Shown here: positions 54,096 through 63,900 of the stretch, piece after piece | Numbering within the stretch: the stretch's first letter is position 1 | Layout: the number at the start of each line of letters is the position of its first letter | DNA from: Bryobacterales bacterium | GTDB lineage: Bacteria > Acidobacteriota > Terriglobia > Bryobacterales > Bryobacteraceae | Length of the DNA stretch: 64,000 nt | Assembly (NCBI GenBank): GCA_026954325.1 | Contig: JAIXKK010000145.1 | Location: 260-64,259, forward strand | Direction: 5' to 3' | Notes under the pieces: model-generated | The model's input: the letters and a program-made list of their open reading frames with translations, nothing else | The model's database searches: none | What the model was told of the DNA's origin: nothing | Position numbers and translations under genes: made by a program

Positions 54096-55910
54096 ATGGA
54101 CCCAGCCTTCATCCGTAACTTTTCCATCATTGCCCACATTGATCACGGCAAGTCGACTCTTGCCGATCGTCTACTTGAAGCCACGGCGGCGTTGAGCGAA
54201 CGCGAGATGATGGAGCAGGTTCTCGATTCGATGGATCTGGAACGCGAGCGCGGCATCACGATCAAGGCGCACGCCGTGAGACTGAATTATCGCGCCGAGG
54301 ACGGCGTTCTCTACCAGCTCAACCTCATTGACACTCCCGGCCACGTCGATTTCAGCTACGAGGTTTCGCGCAGCCTGCAGGCGTGCGAAGGCGCTCTGCT
54401 GGTGGTGGACGCCTCGCAGGGCGTGGAAGCCCAGACGCTTGCCAATACGTACCTGGCGCTGCACCACAATCTGGAGATCATCCCGGTGATCAACAAGATT
54501 GACCTGCCATCGGCCGAGCCGGACCGCATCAAGGAGCAGATCGAGCAGGTGATCGGGCTCGATTCCTCGGGGGCGATCCTGGCGAGCGCCAAGCAGGGCG
54601 CCGGCATTCACGAGCTGCTGGAAGCGATCGTGCACCTGGTGCCTCAGCCCAAGGGCGATCCGGATGCGCCGCTGCGCGCCCTGATCTTCGATTCCTGGTT
54701 TGATCCCTACCGCGGCGTGATCATCCTTTTCCGCGTGATGGATGGCCGGATCCGCGTGGGGCAGCGGATTCGACTGATGTCCGCGGGGAAGGTCAGCGAA
54801 GTGGAGGCGCTCGGCTACCAGTCGCCTAAGCCTGTTCCGTTGCAGGAACTCTCCGCGGGCGAGGTCGGGTATGTGTTCGCCAATATCAAGACGGTTTCCG
54901 ACGCGCGCATCGGGGATACGATCACGGATGCCGAGAATCCCGCCGCCGAGGCGCTCCCCGGATTCGAGGAGATCAAGCCGATGGTGTTCGCGGGGCTCTA
55001 TCCGGTGGAGTCGCACGAGCATGGCCTGCTGCGCGATGCGCTCGAAAAGCTTCGTCTCAACGACAGCGCGTTCAACTTCGAGCCGGAAAACTCGGCGGCG
55101 CTGGGGTTCGGGTTCCGCTGCGGGTTTCTAGGCCTGCTGCATTTGGAGATTGTGCAGGAGCGGCTGGAGCGCGAGTTCAATATCGACCTTATCACCACGG
55201 CTCCGGGCGTCCGCTACCGGGTGACGAAGCTCGACGGCGAGGTGGTGGAGGTGGACAACCCCACGCGCTGGCCCGTGCAGGCCGAGATCAGGCAGATTGA
55301 AGAACCCATTATCGACGCCACCGTGATTACACGCGAGGAATATCTGGGGGAGATCCTGAAGCTGCTTGAAGAAAAGCGGGGGGAGCAGAAGAAATTCGAG
55401 TACATCGGCACGGGCCGCGTAATGCTGAATTACGAGCTTCCGCTGAATGAAATCGTGCTTGACTTCTATGACCGGTTGAAATCCGCCTCGCGCGGCTACG
55501 CCTCTCTCGACTACCACCTGGCGGGCTACCGCGTGTCGCCGATGGTGAAACTGGACGTGCTGGTGGCGGGCGACCCCGTGGACGCGCTGTCGATGATCGT
55601 GCACCGCGACTTCGCGTATGACCGCGGCAAGGCGCTGATTGAACGGCTGCGCAAGCTGATTCCCCGGCAGATGTTCGAAGTGGCGCTGCAGGCGGCGATC
55701 GGGAACAAGATCGTGGCGCGGGAAAACATTCCCGCGATTCGCAAGAACGTGCTCGCCAAGTGTTACGGCGGCGACATTACGCGCAAGAAGAAGCTGCTGG
55801 AAAAACAGAAGGAAGGAAAGCGGCGGATGAAGCGCGTGGGCCGGGTGGACATTCCACAGGAGGCGTTCCTGGCGGTGCTTCAGGTGACGAAGAAGGAATC
55901 CGAGGATTAG
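54096..55910 (+). CDS. lepA: elongation factor 4 (LepA)
   Basis: [38 protein letters not shown] and the LepA-specific C-terminus [25 protein letters not shown]. Confidence 0.96.
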   Translation: MDPAFIRNFSIIAHIDHGKSTLADRLLEATAALSEREMMEQVLDSMDLERERGITIKAHAVRLNYRAEDGVLYQLNLIDTPGHVDFSYEVSRSLQACEGALLVVDASQGVEAQTLANTYLALHHNLEIIPVINKIDLPSAEPDRIKEQIEQVIGLDSSGAILASAKQGAGIHELLEAIVHLVPQPKGDPDAPLRALIFDSWFDPYRGVIILFRVMDGRIRVGQRIRLMSAGKVSEVEALGYQSPKPVPLQELSAGEVGYVFANIKTVSDARIGDTITDAENPAAEALPGFEEIKPMVFAGLYPVESHEHGLLRDALEKLRLNDSAFNFEPENSAALGFGFRCGFLGLLHLEIVQERLEREFNIDLITTAPGVRYRVTKLDGEVVEVDNPTRWPVQAEIRQIEEPIIDATVITREEYLGEILKLLEEKRGEQKKFEYIGTGRVMLNYELPLNEIVLDFYDRLKSASRGYASLDYHLAGYRVSPMVKLDVLVAGDPVDALSMIVHRDFAYDRGKALIERLRKLIPRQMFEVALQAAIGNKIVARENIPAIRKNVLAKCYGGDITRKKKLLEKQKEGKRRMKRVGRVDIPQEAFLAVLQVTKKESED

Positions 55911-55915
55911 GCGCC

Positions 55916-57103
55916 ATGCGAGTCTCCCTTGCTTCGATTTCGGTTTCCGGGTTCAAATCGATTGCGGAGGAGCAGACAATTGAGGTACGTCCGCTGACGA
56001 TCCTGGCCGGGGCCAACAGTTCGGGCAAGTCGAGCATGATGCAGCCGCTTCTGCTCATGAAGCAGACTATTCTGGCGCCGTTCGATCCTGGTGGGTTGTT
56101 GCTCAACGGGCCGAATCTTGGTGTTCGGTCCGGATTGGAAATTATGGCTCTTGGCAGGGCGATCCGGCGCCGGGATTGGTTCCAGGTCCGGCTGGAACTT
56201 ACAGATCAAAGTCGAATGGATCTGCAATTCGGTGATCTGTACGAATCGCAGATCACGGTGAAGATGTCTTCGTTCCAACCTGTGGAGAAACCGGAAGGAA
56301 CGATTCTGAAGTATCACCGGTGCTTGCCCGTCCATGTGGTGGAGGGCTCAGAGGGCGAGGGTCTGTTCTATCAGCCGAAGCCGGCGCGACACTCTGCAAG
56401 CCTATTAGGGAGAATGATTCACCTTCCGGGATTGCGAGGCCGCCTGGACGGATTGTACGGAATCGCGGGTGTGAGCGGGACGATTGAGGGTACTTTTGAA
56501 CATTATGTGGGCCGGTTGGTCAATCAGTGGCAGGAGGGAGACAGCCAAAGGTTGAGGGCTCTGGGGCTTGCCCTCGAATTCATAGGCCTCGCGCGCTCCG
56601 TGGAAGCAAAGATGTCTGGCAACGAGATTGAATTGTTCGTCAGCCGTAGACTGTCCGGGGAAGGTGACGTGGTTCCCTTGCGAAATGTGGGTCTTGGAGT
56701 GTCGCAAGTTCTGCCCATCCTGGTTGCGCTGCTTCACTCTGAGGAGGGCGACGTGTTGTACATCGAACAGCCGGAACTCCATCTCCACCCATTGGCCCAA
56801 ATCCGCTTGACAAAGCTGATCGCTGATGCCGCCAACCGTGGTGTGCGGATCGTGGCCGAGACACATTCTTCGTTGATGCTCCGCGAGGTCCAGACCATGA
56901 TCGCTCAGGGTGACTTGTCTCCGGAGATTGTCCGGCTGCACTGGTTTCAACGGGATCCGGGAAGCGGAGAGACAGCCGTCACCACAGCGGAACTCGACGA
57001 GAACGGCGCATTCGGCGATTGGCCTGAAGACTTTGACGCGATTGCCATTGATTCGGAGAAGCGCTATCTCGATGCCGTGGAAGCGCGGAGCAAGTATTCG
57101 TGA
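55916..57103 (+). CDS. ABC/SMC-type AAA ATPase (AAA_15/21-like with DUF3696-like C-terminus)
   Basis: VSGFKSI...LTILAGANSSGKSS (Walker A). NVGLGVSQVLPILVALL (signature-like). VLYIEQPELHLHP (Walker B/D-loop). AETHSS (H-loop). Tail ELDENGAFGDWPEDFD. Visibly lower GC than its neighbours. Confidence 0.8.
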   Translation: MRVSLASISVSGFKSIAEEQTIEVRPLTILAGANSSGKSSMMQPLLLMKQTILAPFDPGGLLLNGPNLGVRSGLEIMALGRAIRRRDWFQVRLELTDQSRMDLQFGDLYESQITVKMSSFQPVEKPEGTILKYHRCLPVHVVEGSEGEGLFYQPKPARHSASLLGRMIHLPGLRGRLDGLYGIAGVSGTIEGTFEHYVGRLVNQWQEGDSQRLRALGLALEFIGLARSVEAKMSGNEIELFVSRRLSGEGDVVPLRNVGLGVSQVLPILVALLHSEEGDVLYIEQPELHLHPLAQIRLTKLIADAANRGVRIVAETHSSLMLREVQTMIAQGDLSPEIVRLHWFQRDPGSGETAVTTAELDENGAFGDWPEDFDAIAIDSEKRYLDAVEARSKYS

Positions 57104-57567
57104 GTGAAAGAAAATCCAAGCGCCTTGTTATCGACGCCTGTGTCGCTCGCGCCGCCGGCGACAAGGAGCAGGGAATTTCATCGAAGTGCCGGCGCTTCCT
57201 TGACGAGACTTTGAGGATCTGTGATCGCATGGTGATGACTCCCAAACTCCGGCAGGAATGGAACAAACATCAATCGCTGTTTGCAACCAAATGGAGAGCC
57301 AGCATGATTGCCAGGAAAAAGATGGTTCCCATCCAGGATTCGGGAGATGTGACCTTGCTCATCGAAGTTCAGGATGCGGCTGAATCCGGTGCAGGGCGAC
57401 GGGAGATGACCAAGGATATCCACTTGATGGAAGCGGCGCTTGCCACGGATCACATTGTCGTCACTATCGAGCGCGATTCATTCGCGAGGTTTGAGCGGAT
57501 CAAGGCTAAGGTCCCTCGCCTCGCCGGTGTTCAAGTGTTCAATCCAACCTCCGGGAAGCCGCTGTAG
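57100..57567 (+). CDS. small PIN-like protein (inferred) coupled to the ATPase
   Basis: GTGA overlap with the ATPase stop. The acidic quartet is spaced as in VapC-type PIN domains: D12 (LVIDACV), E36 (LDETL), D106 (KDIHLMEAALA) and D126 (VVTIERDSF). The assignment rests on the motif pattern only. Confidence 0.55.
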   Translation: MSERKSKRLVIDACVARAAGDKEQGISSKCRRFLDETLRICDRMVMTPKLRQEWNKHQSLFATKWRASMIARKKMVPIQDSGDVTLLIEVQDAAESGAGRREMTKDIHLMEAALATDHIVVTIERDSFARFERIKAKVPRLAGVQVFNPTSGKPL

Positions 57568-57594
57568 ACACATGTGTCATCATATTCATTTCTC

Positions 57595-58725
57595 ATGGAA
57601 ACATTGAAGCCCGGTAGTCCCGAGGAACTGGCCGCCATGCTGGGCGAGGCCGGCTCGGCCGGGAGAGCGGTCGAATTATCAGGCAACGGGAGCAAGGGCA
57701 GGGCGGGAGGCTCCGTCGCGGCCGCTCAGACGCGCATTTCGCTTTCCGGTCTGGATCAGGTTCTGATGTACGAACCGCGCGATCTTACGGTGAGCGTGGG
57801 AGCCGGCATGCCGTATTCGCGCTTCACCGAAATGCTCGCCAAGGACGGCTATATGGTTCCGCTCGATCCGCCGTTTGCCTCAGAGGCGACAGTGGGAGGG
57901 GTGGTGGCGTCGAACTCGAGCGGGCCGCGGCGGCGTTTGTTCGGCACGGCGCGCGACCTGGTGATCGGCATGAAGTTCGCCACCATCGAGGGGAAACTGG
58001 TGCAGTCGGGCGGGATGGTGGTGAAGAACGTGGCCGGACTCGACATGGGGAAACTGCTGATCGGGTCGCTGGGCACGCTGGGCGCCATCGCCGTGCTCAA
58101 CTTCAAGCTGATCCCGCTGCCCGCTGCTTCGCGCACGTTTCTCTTCGAGTACGCCGGCCTCAACGAGGCGATCGCCCTTCGCGACCGCATCCTGCACGGT
58201 GTTTTGCAGCCCGTGGCGATCGATCTCTTGAATCCGCCCGCGACGCGGGGACTGGGGCGCAAGGGTTGGCTTGTGGCGATTGGCGTCAGCGGCAACGAGG
58301 CCGTGCTGCGCCGCTATGCGCGGGAACTGGCGGAGGGCGAGGCGGTGGAAGGAGAGGCGGAGCGCGTGTTCTGGGACTATGTTCGCGAGTTCACGCCACG
58401 GTTCCTGGCGGCGCGCGCGGATGGAGTGATGGTGCGGAGTTCGCTCACGCTGTCCGCGATGGAAGCGGCGCTGCAAGGGCTGCCCGGCGCGGTGGTGGCA
58501 AGGGCGGGGAATGGTGTCTGTTACTCCCATTGCGAGAGTGTCCGGGAGGCGCAAGGAGCGCTCGGGACGGGGCGGGCCGTGATGGAGTATGGGCCGGTTT
58601 CGCGCGATGCATCGCTCGTCATGTGGCCGCAAATTGACTCCGGCTTCCCGGTCATGCAAAGAATCAAACAGATGCTCGATCCGAAGAGTCTCCTGAATCC
58701 CGGAAGGTTCTATGGCCGCTTCTGA
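57595..58725 (+). CDS. glcE: glycolate oxidase FAD-binding subunit GlcE-like
   Basis: METLKPGSPEELAAML...VELSGNGSK...FAD_binding_4 pattern (VVKNVAGLDMGKLLIGSLGTLG). Followed by an overlapping glcF. The alternative GTG 57574 is unlikely. Confidence 0.82.
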   Translation: METLKPGSPEELAAMLGEAGSAGRAVELSGNGSKGRAGGSVAAAQTRISLSGLDQVLMYEPRDLTVSVGAGMPYSRFTEMLAKDGYMVPLDPPFASEATVGGVVASNSSGPRRRLFGTARDLVIGMKFATIEGKLVQSGGMVVKNVAGLDMGKLLIGSLGTLGAIAVLNFKLIPLPAASRTFLFEYAGLNEAIALRDRILHGVLQPVAIDLLNPPATRGLGRKGWLVAIGVSGNEAVLRRYARELAEGEAVEGEAERVFWDYVREFTPRFLAARADGVMVRSSLTLSAMEAALQGLPGAVVARAGNGVCYSHCESVREAQGALGTGRAVMEYGPVSRDASLVMWPQIDSGFPVMQRIKQMLDPKSLLNPGRFYGRF

Positions 58726-60010
58726 ATTGCCGGTTCTCCGGGATCTGGACAAGCCGCAACAGAAGGATTTGGACCGCTGCGTGCATTGCGGCCTGTGTCT
58801 CAACTCCTGCCCCACGTACCGGGTGCTGGGAGTCGAGATGGATTCGCCGCGAGGGCGCATCTACCAGATGGTGCAGGTACACAACGGCGCGGAGATCAGC
58901 GCCTCCTACCAGCAGCACCTGGACCTGTGCCTGGCGTGCCGGGGCTGCGAAACGGCGTGCCCATCCGGCGTACAGTACGGCCGGTTGATCGAGGCGGCGC
59001 GCGCGGAAATTGAAAACAGAGTGCAACGTCCGTTTCTGACGCGGTTGCTGCGGCGGTTCGTTTTCGGAAGCCTGCTGCCTTCGCCGGCGCTATTGAAAAT
59101 GGCGGCGGCGGGCATGTACGTCTATCAGAATTTCGGGCTGCAAGCACTCGCACGCGGTCTGGGCATCCTGAAGTTGATGGGGAAGATGGGGGAACTCGAG
59201 AAACTTGCGCCGCCGGCGGAGTTTCCTACTTTCTTTTCGGCGTATGGGAAGGTGTTTCCGGCGGAAGGCAAGCGCAGGCACAAGGTTGCCCTGCTCGGCG
59301 GATGCATTGCGAACATCAGCTTTGCCCGGCTGAATGAAGCCACCGTGCGCGTGCTTCAGAAGAATGGATGCGAAGTCCACGTGCCGCGGGGGCAGACATG
59401 CTGCGGGGCGCTGCACGTGCACTCAGGCATTCGCGAGGACGCGCGGCGGCTGGCGCGCCGGAACATCGATGCGCTGCTTGGCGAAGGCTTCGACGCGATC
59501 CTCACGAACTCGGCGGGCTGCGGTTCAACCCTGAAGGAATACAACGAACTGCTGGAACACGATGAGGCGTACAAGGCCGGGGCGGAGAAGTTCTCGAGGC
59601 TGGTGAAGGATATCAACGAGTTCCTTGCCGCCATCGGTCTCAATCCGCGCATGGGCAATCTGCCGCTGAGGGTGACCTATCAGGATTCCTGCCATCTGGC
59701 GCACGGGCAGAAGGTGCGCGCGGCTCCGCGGCAGTTGTTGAAGGCCGTGCCCGGGCTGGAGTTTCAGGAGATGCCGCTCTCCGATTTGTGCTGCGGCTCG
59801 GCGGGCATCTATAACGTGCTGCAAACCGGGATGTCGATGCAGGTTCTGGGACGCAAGATGGAACTGGCGAATTCCGTGCCGGCGAATGTCATTGCAACGG
59901 CGAATACGGGCTGCATGCTGCAACTACGCGCCGGAGTGGCGATGCACGGCAAGGGGCAACGCGTGGCGCACGTGATCGAAATCCTGGACGAGGCCTACCG
60001 GAAAGCATGA
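58712..60010 (+). CDS. glcF: glycolate oxidase iron-sulfur subunit GlcF-like
   Basis: Two 4Fe-4S motifs (CVHCGLCLNSCP, CLACRGCETACP) and two CCG domains (CCG...SAGCGS; CCGSAG...NTGCMLQL). Confidence 0.9.
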   Translation: MAASELPVLRDLDKPQQKDLDRCVHCGLCLNSCPTYRVLGVEMDSPRGRIYQMVQVHNGAEISASYQQHLDLCLACRGCETACPSGVQYGRLIEAARAEIENRVQRPFLTRLLRRFVFGSLLPSPALLKMAAAGMYVYQNFGLQALARGLGILKLMGKMGELEKLAPPAEFPTFFSAYGKVFPAEGKRRHKVALLGGCIANISFARLNEATVRVLQKNGCEVHVPRGQTCCGALHVHSGIREDARRLARRNIDALLGEGFDAILTNSAGCGSTLKEYNELLEHDEAYKAGAEKFSRLVKDINEFLAAIGLNPRMGNLPLRVTYQDSCHLAHGQKVRAAPRQLLKAVPGLEFQEMPLSDLCCGSAGIYNVLQTGMSMQVLGRKMELANSVPANVIATANTGCMLQLRAGVAMHGKGQRVAHVIEILDEAYRKA

Positions 60011-60039
60011 CGAAATTTCTGCTTCTGCCGGCGGCCGCG

Positions 60040-60290
60040 GCGGCGCAAACGCCGGAGCCGCCGCGGGCAAAGAGGCAAAAAGCAGTCTGGGCGGGCAGGC
60101 CGAAGACTTCTCCTACTTCCACAAGCAGATCCCGGGATTCTTTTGATGCCTTGGCGGAGGGAACGCCGCCAAAGGCTTCACCGCCGGGAATCACACGGCG
60201 GAGTTCGACGTGGACGAGGACGCGGCGATGTCGGGGGTGAAGACGGGCGCCGCCTTGCTGACGGCGGCTTTGGGCGGCGGCGGTTACACC
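60040..60290 (+). pseudogene. C-terminal remnant of an M20D-type amidohydrolase with an in-frame stop
   Basis: The frame reads SLGGQAEDFSYFHKQIPGFF, TGA (60144-60146), then LGGGNAAKGFTAGNHTAEFDVDEDAAMSGVKTGAALLTAAL. This is the typical M20D tail (EDFS-F...PG-F-LG...H...FD-DE-AL-G). The N-terminal roughly 300 aa are absent because glcF ends at 60010. Confidence 0.5.
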
Positions 60291-61408
60291 AATACCGTAA
60301 AGGCTGTTTCGGTACGCTCCACCGGGCGATATAGGGTATCACGTTCGACTGGTTCGCGGCCGGCCGCCTGGATTAACCGAAGCAGGTCGCCGCGCCGGAG
60401 CGATTGTGAAGTGGTGGCCCCGGCATCGTGGTAGATCTTTTCTTCCACCACCGTGCCGTCGATGTCGTCCGCCCCGAAGCGCTGGGCGACCTGGGCGATG
60501 CGCGGCGTCATCATGACCCAATAGGACTTGATGTGCGGGATGTTGTCGAGCATGAGGCGCGACACGGCGATATTCTTCAGGTCATCGAAGCCCGTGGTTT
60601 TCGCGATGTGCTGGAGCGGCGTGTTATCGGGATGGAAGGCGAGCGGAATGAACGTGACAAAGCCGTGCGTCTCGTCCTGCAGGGAACGAAGTTTTACGAG
60701 ATGGTCCATGCGATCGTCAGCCGTTTCGATGTGGCCGTAGAGCATGGTGCAATTCGACTTGAGCCCCGCCTGGTGGGCGATGCGGGCCACGTTGAGCCAC
60801 TCGTTGCCGTCGATTTTGTGATCGCAAATGATGCGGCGCACGCGTTCGCTGAAGATTTCGGCTCCTCCGCCGGGCATGGAATCCATGCCGGCCTCGCGGA
60901 GGCGCTCGAGGGTTTCACGGATGCCGATCTTCTGGCGCTGGGCGAGGTAGGAGATTTCCACCATCGTGAACGCCTTGAGGTGGACCCGCGGATAGCGCTG
61001 TTTGAGGCCGCGCAGCATCTGGCAAAACCAATCGAGCGTGAGTTCGGGGTGCAGGCCGCCGACGATGTGGAACTCGGTTGCCGCTTCGGAATAGCCCTTG
61101 CCGGCCACTTCCCACACCTGTTCCAACGACATCGTGTAGGCTTTGGGATCGCGAGCCTTCTTGCCGAAAGCGCACAGCCGGCAGGAAGCGACGCACACAT
61201 CGGTGGGGTTGATGTGGCGGTTCACATTGAAGAACGTGGTGTTGCCATGCAGACGCTCGCGCACGATATTGGCCATGTGGCCAATCGCCAGGATGTCCCG
61301 CGAGCGGTAAAGGGCCATGCCGTCCTCGAAGGTGAGCCGTTCGCCGGTCCGCACTTTTTCGAGGATGGGAAGCAAACGCTGATCTTCAAAATTGGGTTCC
61401 AGTTGCAT
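60284..61408 (-). CDS. radical SAM menaquinone (futalosine pathway) enzyme, MqnE/MqnC family
   Basis: RTGERLTFEDGMALY...FFNVNRHINPTDVCVASCRLCAF (CxxxCxxC). TIM-barrel radical SAM body. The adjacent UbiA-type prenyltransferase fits the futalosine context. I cannot separate MqnE from MqnC by eye. Confidence 0.8.
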   Translation of the reverse strand: MQLEPNFEDQRLLPILEKVRTGERLTFEDGMALYRSRDILAIGHMANIVRERLHGNTTFFNVNRHINPTDVCVASCRLCAFGKKARDPKAYTMSLEQVWEVAGKGYSEAATEFHIVGGLHPELTLDWFCQMLRGLKQRYPRVHLKAFTMVEISYLAQRQKIGIRETLERLREAGMDSMPGGGAEIFSERVRRIICDHKIDGNEWLNVARIAHQAGLKSNCTMLYGHIETADDRMDHLVKLRSLQDETHGFVTFIPLAFHPDNTPLQHIAKTTGFDDLKNIAVSRLMLDNIPHIKSYWVMMTPRIAQVAQRFGADDIDGTVVEEKIYHDAGATTSQSLRRGDLLRLIQAAGREPVERDTLYRPVERTETAFTVLV

Positions 61409-61424
61409 TCAGGTTGATTCCGGG

Positions 61425-62315
61425 TCAGGCGCCGCGTTGGAAGAAGACGATATCCGCGGCCCAAAACACAAAGAATAGCATGCTGACCCAGCCATTCACG
61501 GTGAAGAAGGCGGCGTTGACGCGCGAAAGATCGTTCGGTTTGACAAGCCCGTGCTCGTAGAGGAGGAGAGCGGCGACGATGGCGGCGCCCAGCCAGCTTG
61601 CGGCGCCGAGGCGGAAACCCACCACGAGCGCGGCGAGGCAGAACAGCATGGTTGCGTGGAAGAACCGCGACACCCGGAGCGCTCCCGCGATGCCGAAACG
61701 GCGGGGAATGCTGAACAGGCCGGATTGGCGGTCGAACTCGTAATCCTGACAGGAATAGATGATGTCGAAGCCCGCGGTCCAGAGGGTGACGGCGGCGGTG
61801 AGCCAGAGGATTCTCGCGTCCAGGGACCCGCGGATGGCGATCCAGGCGGCGGCGGGGGCGATGCCGAGCGAGAACCCAAGCACGACATGCGAGAGGGAAG
61901 TGAAGCGCTTGGTGAAAGAATAGAAGAAGATGACGCCGAGCGCGAGCGGAGCCAGTTTCAGGCACAGCGGATTGAGCGCGGCTGCCGCCGCGAAGAATGC
62001 CGCCGAGGAGACGGCGGTGAAGCCCCAGGTGAACTTGCGGCTGAGCAGCCCGGCTGGTATGTGGCGCGCTTTCGTGCGCGGATTGCGCGCGTCCGCTTCG
62101 GCGTCCAGCAGGCGGTTGAACGCCATCGCCGCCGAGCGCGCCCCGACCATGGCGAGCACAATCCAGGCGAGTTTGAGCGGGAGTCCGGCGAGCCGGTATC
62201 CATCCTCGCGCCAGGCGAGCAGGGCGCCGGTGAGCGCGAAAGGCAGGGCGAAAATGGAGTGCTCGAATTTGATCATGTCGAGCGTCAGGCGGACCCGGTG
62301 GAGGAAAGAGGACAT
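61425..62315 (-). CDS. UbiA-family aromatic prenyltransferase (MqnP/UbiA-like)
   Basis: NRLLDAEADARNPRTKARHIPAG (first Asp-rich motif), a second motif region YSCQDYEFD, and 8-9 TM helices. Confidence 0.85.
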   Translation of the reverse strand: MSSFLHRVRLTLDMIKFEHSIFALPFALTGALLAWREDGYRLAGLPLKLAWIVLAMVGARSAAMAFNRLLDAEADARNPRTKARHIPAGLLSRKFTWGFTAVSSAAFFAAAAALNPLCLKLAPLALGVIFFYSFTKRFTSLSHVVLGFSLGIAPAAAWIAIRGSLDARILWLTAAVTLWTAGFDIIYSCQDYEFDRQSGLFSIPRRFGIAGALRVSRFFHATMLFCLAALVVGFRLGAASWLGAAIVAALLLYEHGLVKPNDLSRVNAAFFTVNGWVSMLFFVFWAADIVFFQRGA

Positions 62316-62353
62316 TTCAGAGTTTTACCCGAGGGCTGTTACCATTTTATTTC

Positions 62354-62809
62354 ATGCCGCGGCTTGCTCTCATTGCGATGATTGGATGGATATGGATGAC
62401 GGGATGTAACCGGCAGGGTTCCTCGGGAGACGCGATTTCTCTGAAGCCGGTGACGCTGCCCGGCGGACAGCAGGTGATGGCGGAGGTGATGCTGCGGCCG
62501 GAGGATATGATGCGGGGCATGATGTACCGCTCGTCGCTGGCTCCCGATCGCGGGTTACTGTTCGTGCACGGGCGTCCGGGCAAGTACACCTACTGGATGC
62601 ACAACGTGCGTGTTCCGCTGGATATCATCTGGATGGACAGCGGGCGCCGGATTGTGGAGATGTCGCTCAATACGCCGCCGTGTCTGGAGCAGGACCCGGT
62701 GAAGTGCCCGCAGTATGGGGGCAAGGAGGATGCACAGTTCGTTCTGGAACTGGCTGGTGGAATGGCGGCGAAATACGGCTTAGCCGTCGGGCAGATCGTG
62801 AGTTTCTAA
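62354..62809 (+). CDS. DUF192-domain protein (lipoprotein-like signal)
   Basis: LIAMIGWIWMTGC lipobox-like. MMRGMMYRSSLAPDRGLLFV...TYWMHNVRVPLDIIWMDS matches the DUF192 pattern. Confidence 0.78.
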   Translation: MPRLALIAMIGWIWMTGCNRQGSSGDAISLKPVTLPGGQQVMAEVMLRPEDMMRGMMYRSSLAPDRGLLFVHGRPGKYTYWMHNVRVPLDIIWMDSGRRIVEMSLNTPPCLEQDPVKCPQYGGKEDAQFVLELAGGMAAKYGLAVGQIVSF

Positions 62810-62818
62810 GGCAGGTTC

Positions 62819-63565
62819 ATGGATCAGGAACAGATTCGACAATTGCTCGAGCAGGTGCGCTCGGGCGCGCTGGACGTGGACGCCGCCATGGCGCGAATGA
62901 AGCACATGCCGTTTGAAGATCTGGGATTCGCCAAGGTGGATCATCACCGGGCTCTGCGGCAGGGGGCGCCCGAGGTGATCTTCGGGAAGGGCAAGAGTCC
63001 GGCGCACGTGCTGGCGATCGCGGAGAAACTGCTGGAGCGCGGCGCGAACCTGCTGGTGACGCGCGCCGATGAGGCAGCCGCCGAACGGCTTACCGAACGC
63101 TTTCCGGAAGGGGAGCATTTCCCGTTGAGCGGCGCATTTCGTGTGTGGCGGGACCGCGCGATGCGCGGGAAGGGGAAGATTGCCATAGTGTGCGCGGGAA
63201 CCAGTGATATTCCAGTGGCCGAGGAGGCGCGGGTGACAGCGGAGGTGATGGGAAACGAAGTCGAGTCCATTTACGATGTCGGGGTGGCGGGGATTCATCG
63301 CCTGTTGTATAACCTGGACCGGCTGTCGGAGTCGAAGGTTTGTGTCTGCGTGGCGGGGATGGAGGGGGCGCTGCCGAGCGCTTTAGGGGGCTTGGTGGGG
63401 TGTCCGGTGATTGCCGTGCCGACGTCGGTGGGTTATGGGGCGAGCTTTCACGGGCTGGCGGCTCTGCTCGGCATGCTCAATAGCTGCGCGAGCAATGTGA
63501 CGGTGGTGAACATTGACAACGGGTTCGGCGGGGGGTACGTCGCCAGCCTGATCAACCGCGCGTGA
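62819..63565 (+). CDS. larB: nickel-pincer cofactor biosynthesis protein LarB (AIR-carboxylase-like)
   Basis: N-terminal [28 protein letters not shown]. PurE-like [17 protein letters not shown]...[16 protein letters not shown]...VPTSVGYG. Confidence 0.85.
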   Translation: MDQEQIRQLLEQVRSGALDVDAAMARMKHMPFEDLGFAKVDHHRALRQGAPEVIFGKGKSPAHVLAIAEKLLERGANLLVTRADEAAAERLTERFPEGEHFPLSGAFRVWRDRAMRGKGKIAIVCAGTSDIPVAEEARVTAEVMGNEVESIYDVGVAGIHRLLYNLDRLSESKVCVCVAGMEGALPSALGGLVGCPVIAVPTSVGYGASFHGLAALLGMLNSCASNVTVVNIDNGFGGGYVASLINRA

Positions 63566-63578
63566 GAGGGGGGACGGA

Positions 63579-63896
63579 ATGGAACGCGTCTGTTTTATCC
63601 TGCAAGTGAAAAAAGACCGGTTAGAGGAATACCGCGAACGGCACAGGACGGTGTGGCCGGAGATGCTGGAGGCGCTGCGGGAAACGGGTTGGACGAACTA
63701 CAGCCTGTTCCTGCGGGAGGACGGGCTGCTGGTGGGATACCTGGAGACGCCGGATTTTGAAGCGGCGCTCCGCGGGATGGCCTCGCGCGAGGTGAATGAG
63801 CGGTGGCAGCGCTGGATGGTGGATTTCTTCGAACTGGGGGGCCGGCACGCGGACCGGTCGATGAAGCGGCTCGATGAGGTGTTCCACCTGGACTGA
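63579..63896 (+). CDS. rhaM: L-rhamnose mutarotase
   Basis: FILQVKKDRLEEYRERHRTVWPEMLEALRETGWTNYSLFLREDGLLVGYLE...RWQ, a characteristic 105-aa RhaM fold sequence. Confidence 0.88.
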   Translation: MERVCFILQVKKDRLEEYRERHRTVWPEMLEALRETGWTNYSLFLREDGLLVGYLETPDFEAALRGMASREVNERWQRWMVDFFELGGRHADRSMKRLDEVFHLD

Positions 63897-63900
63897 TATT

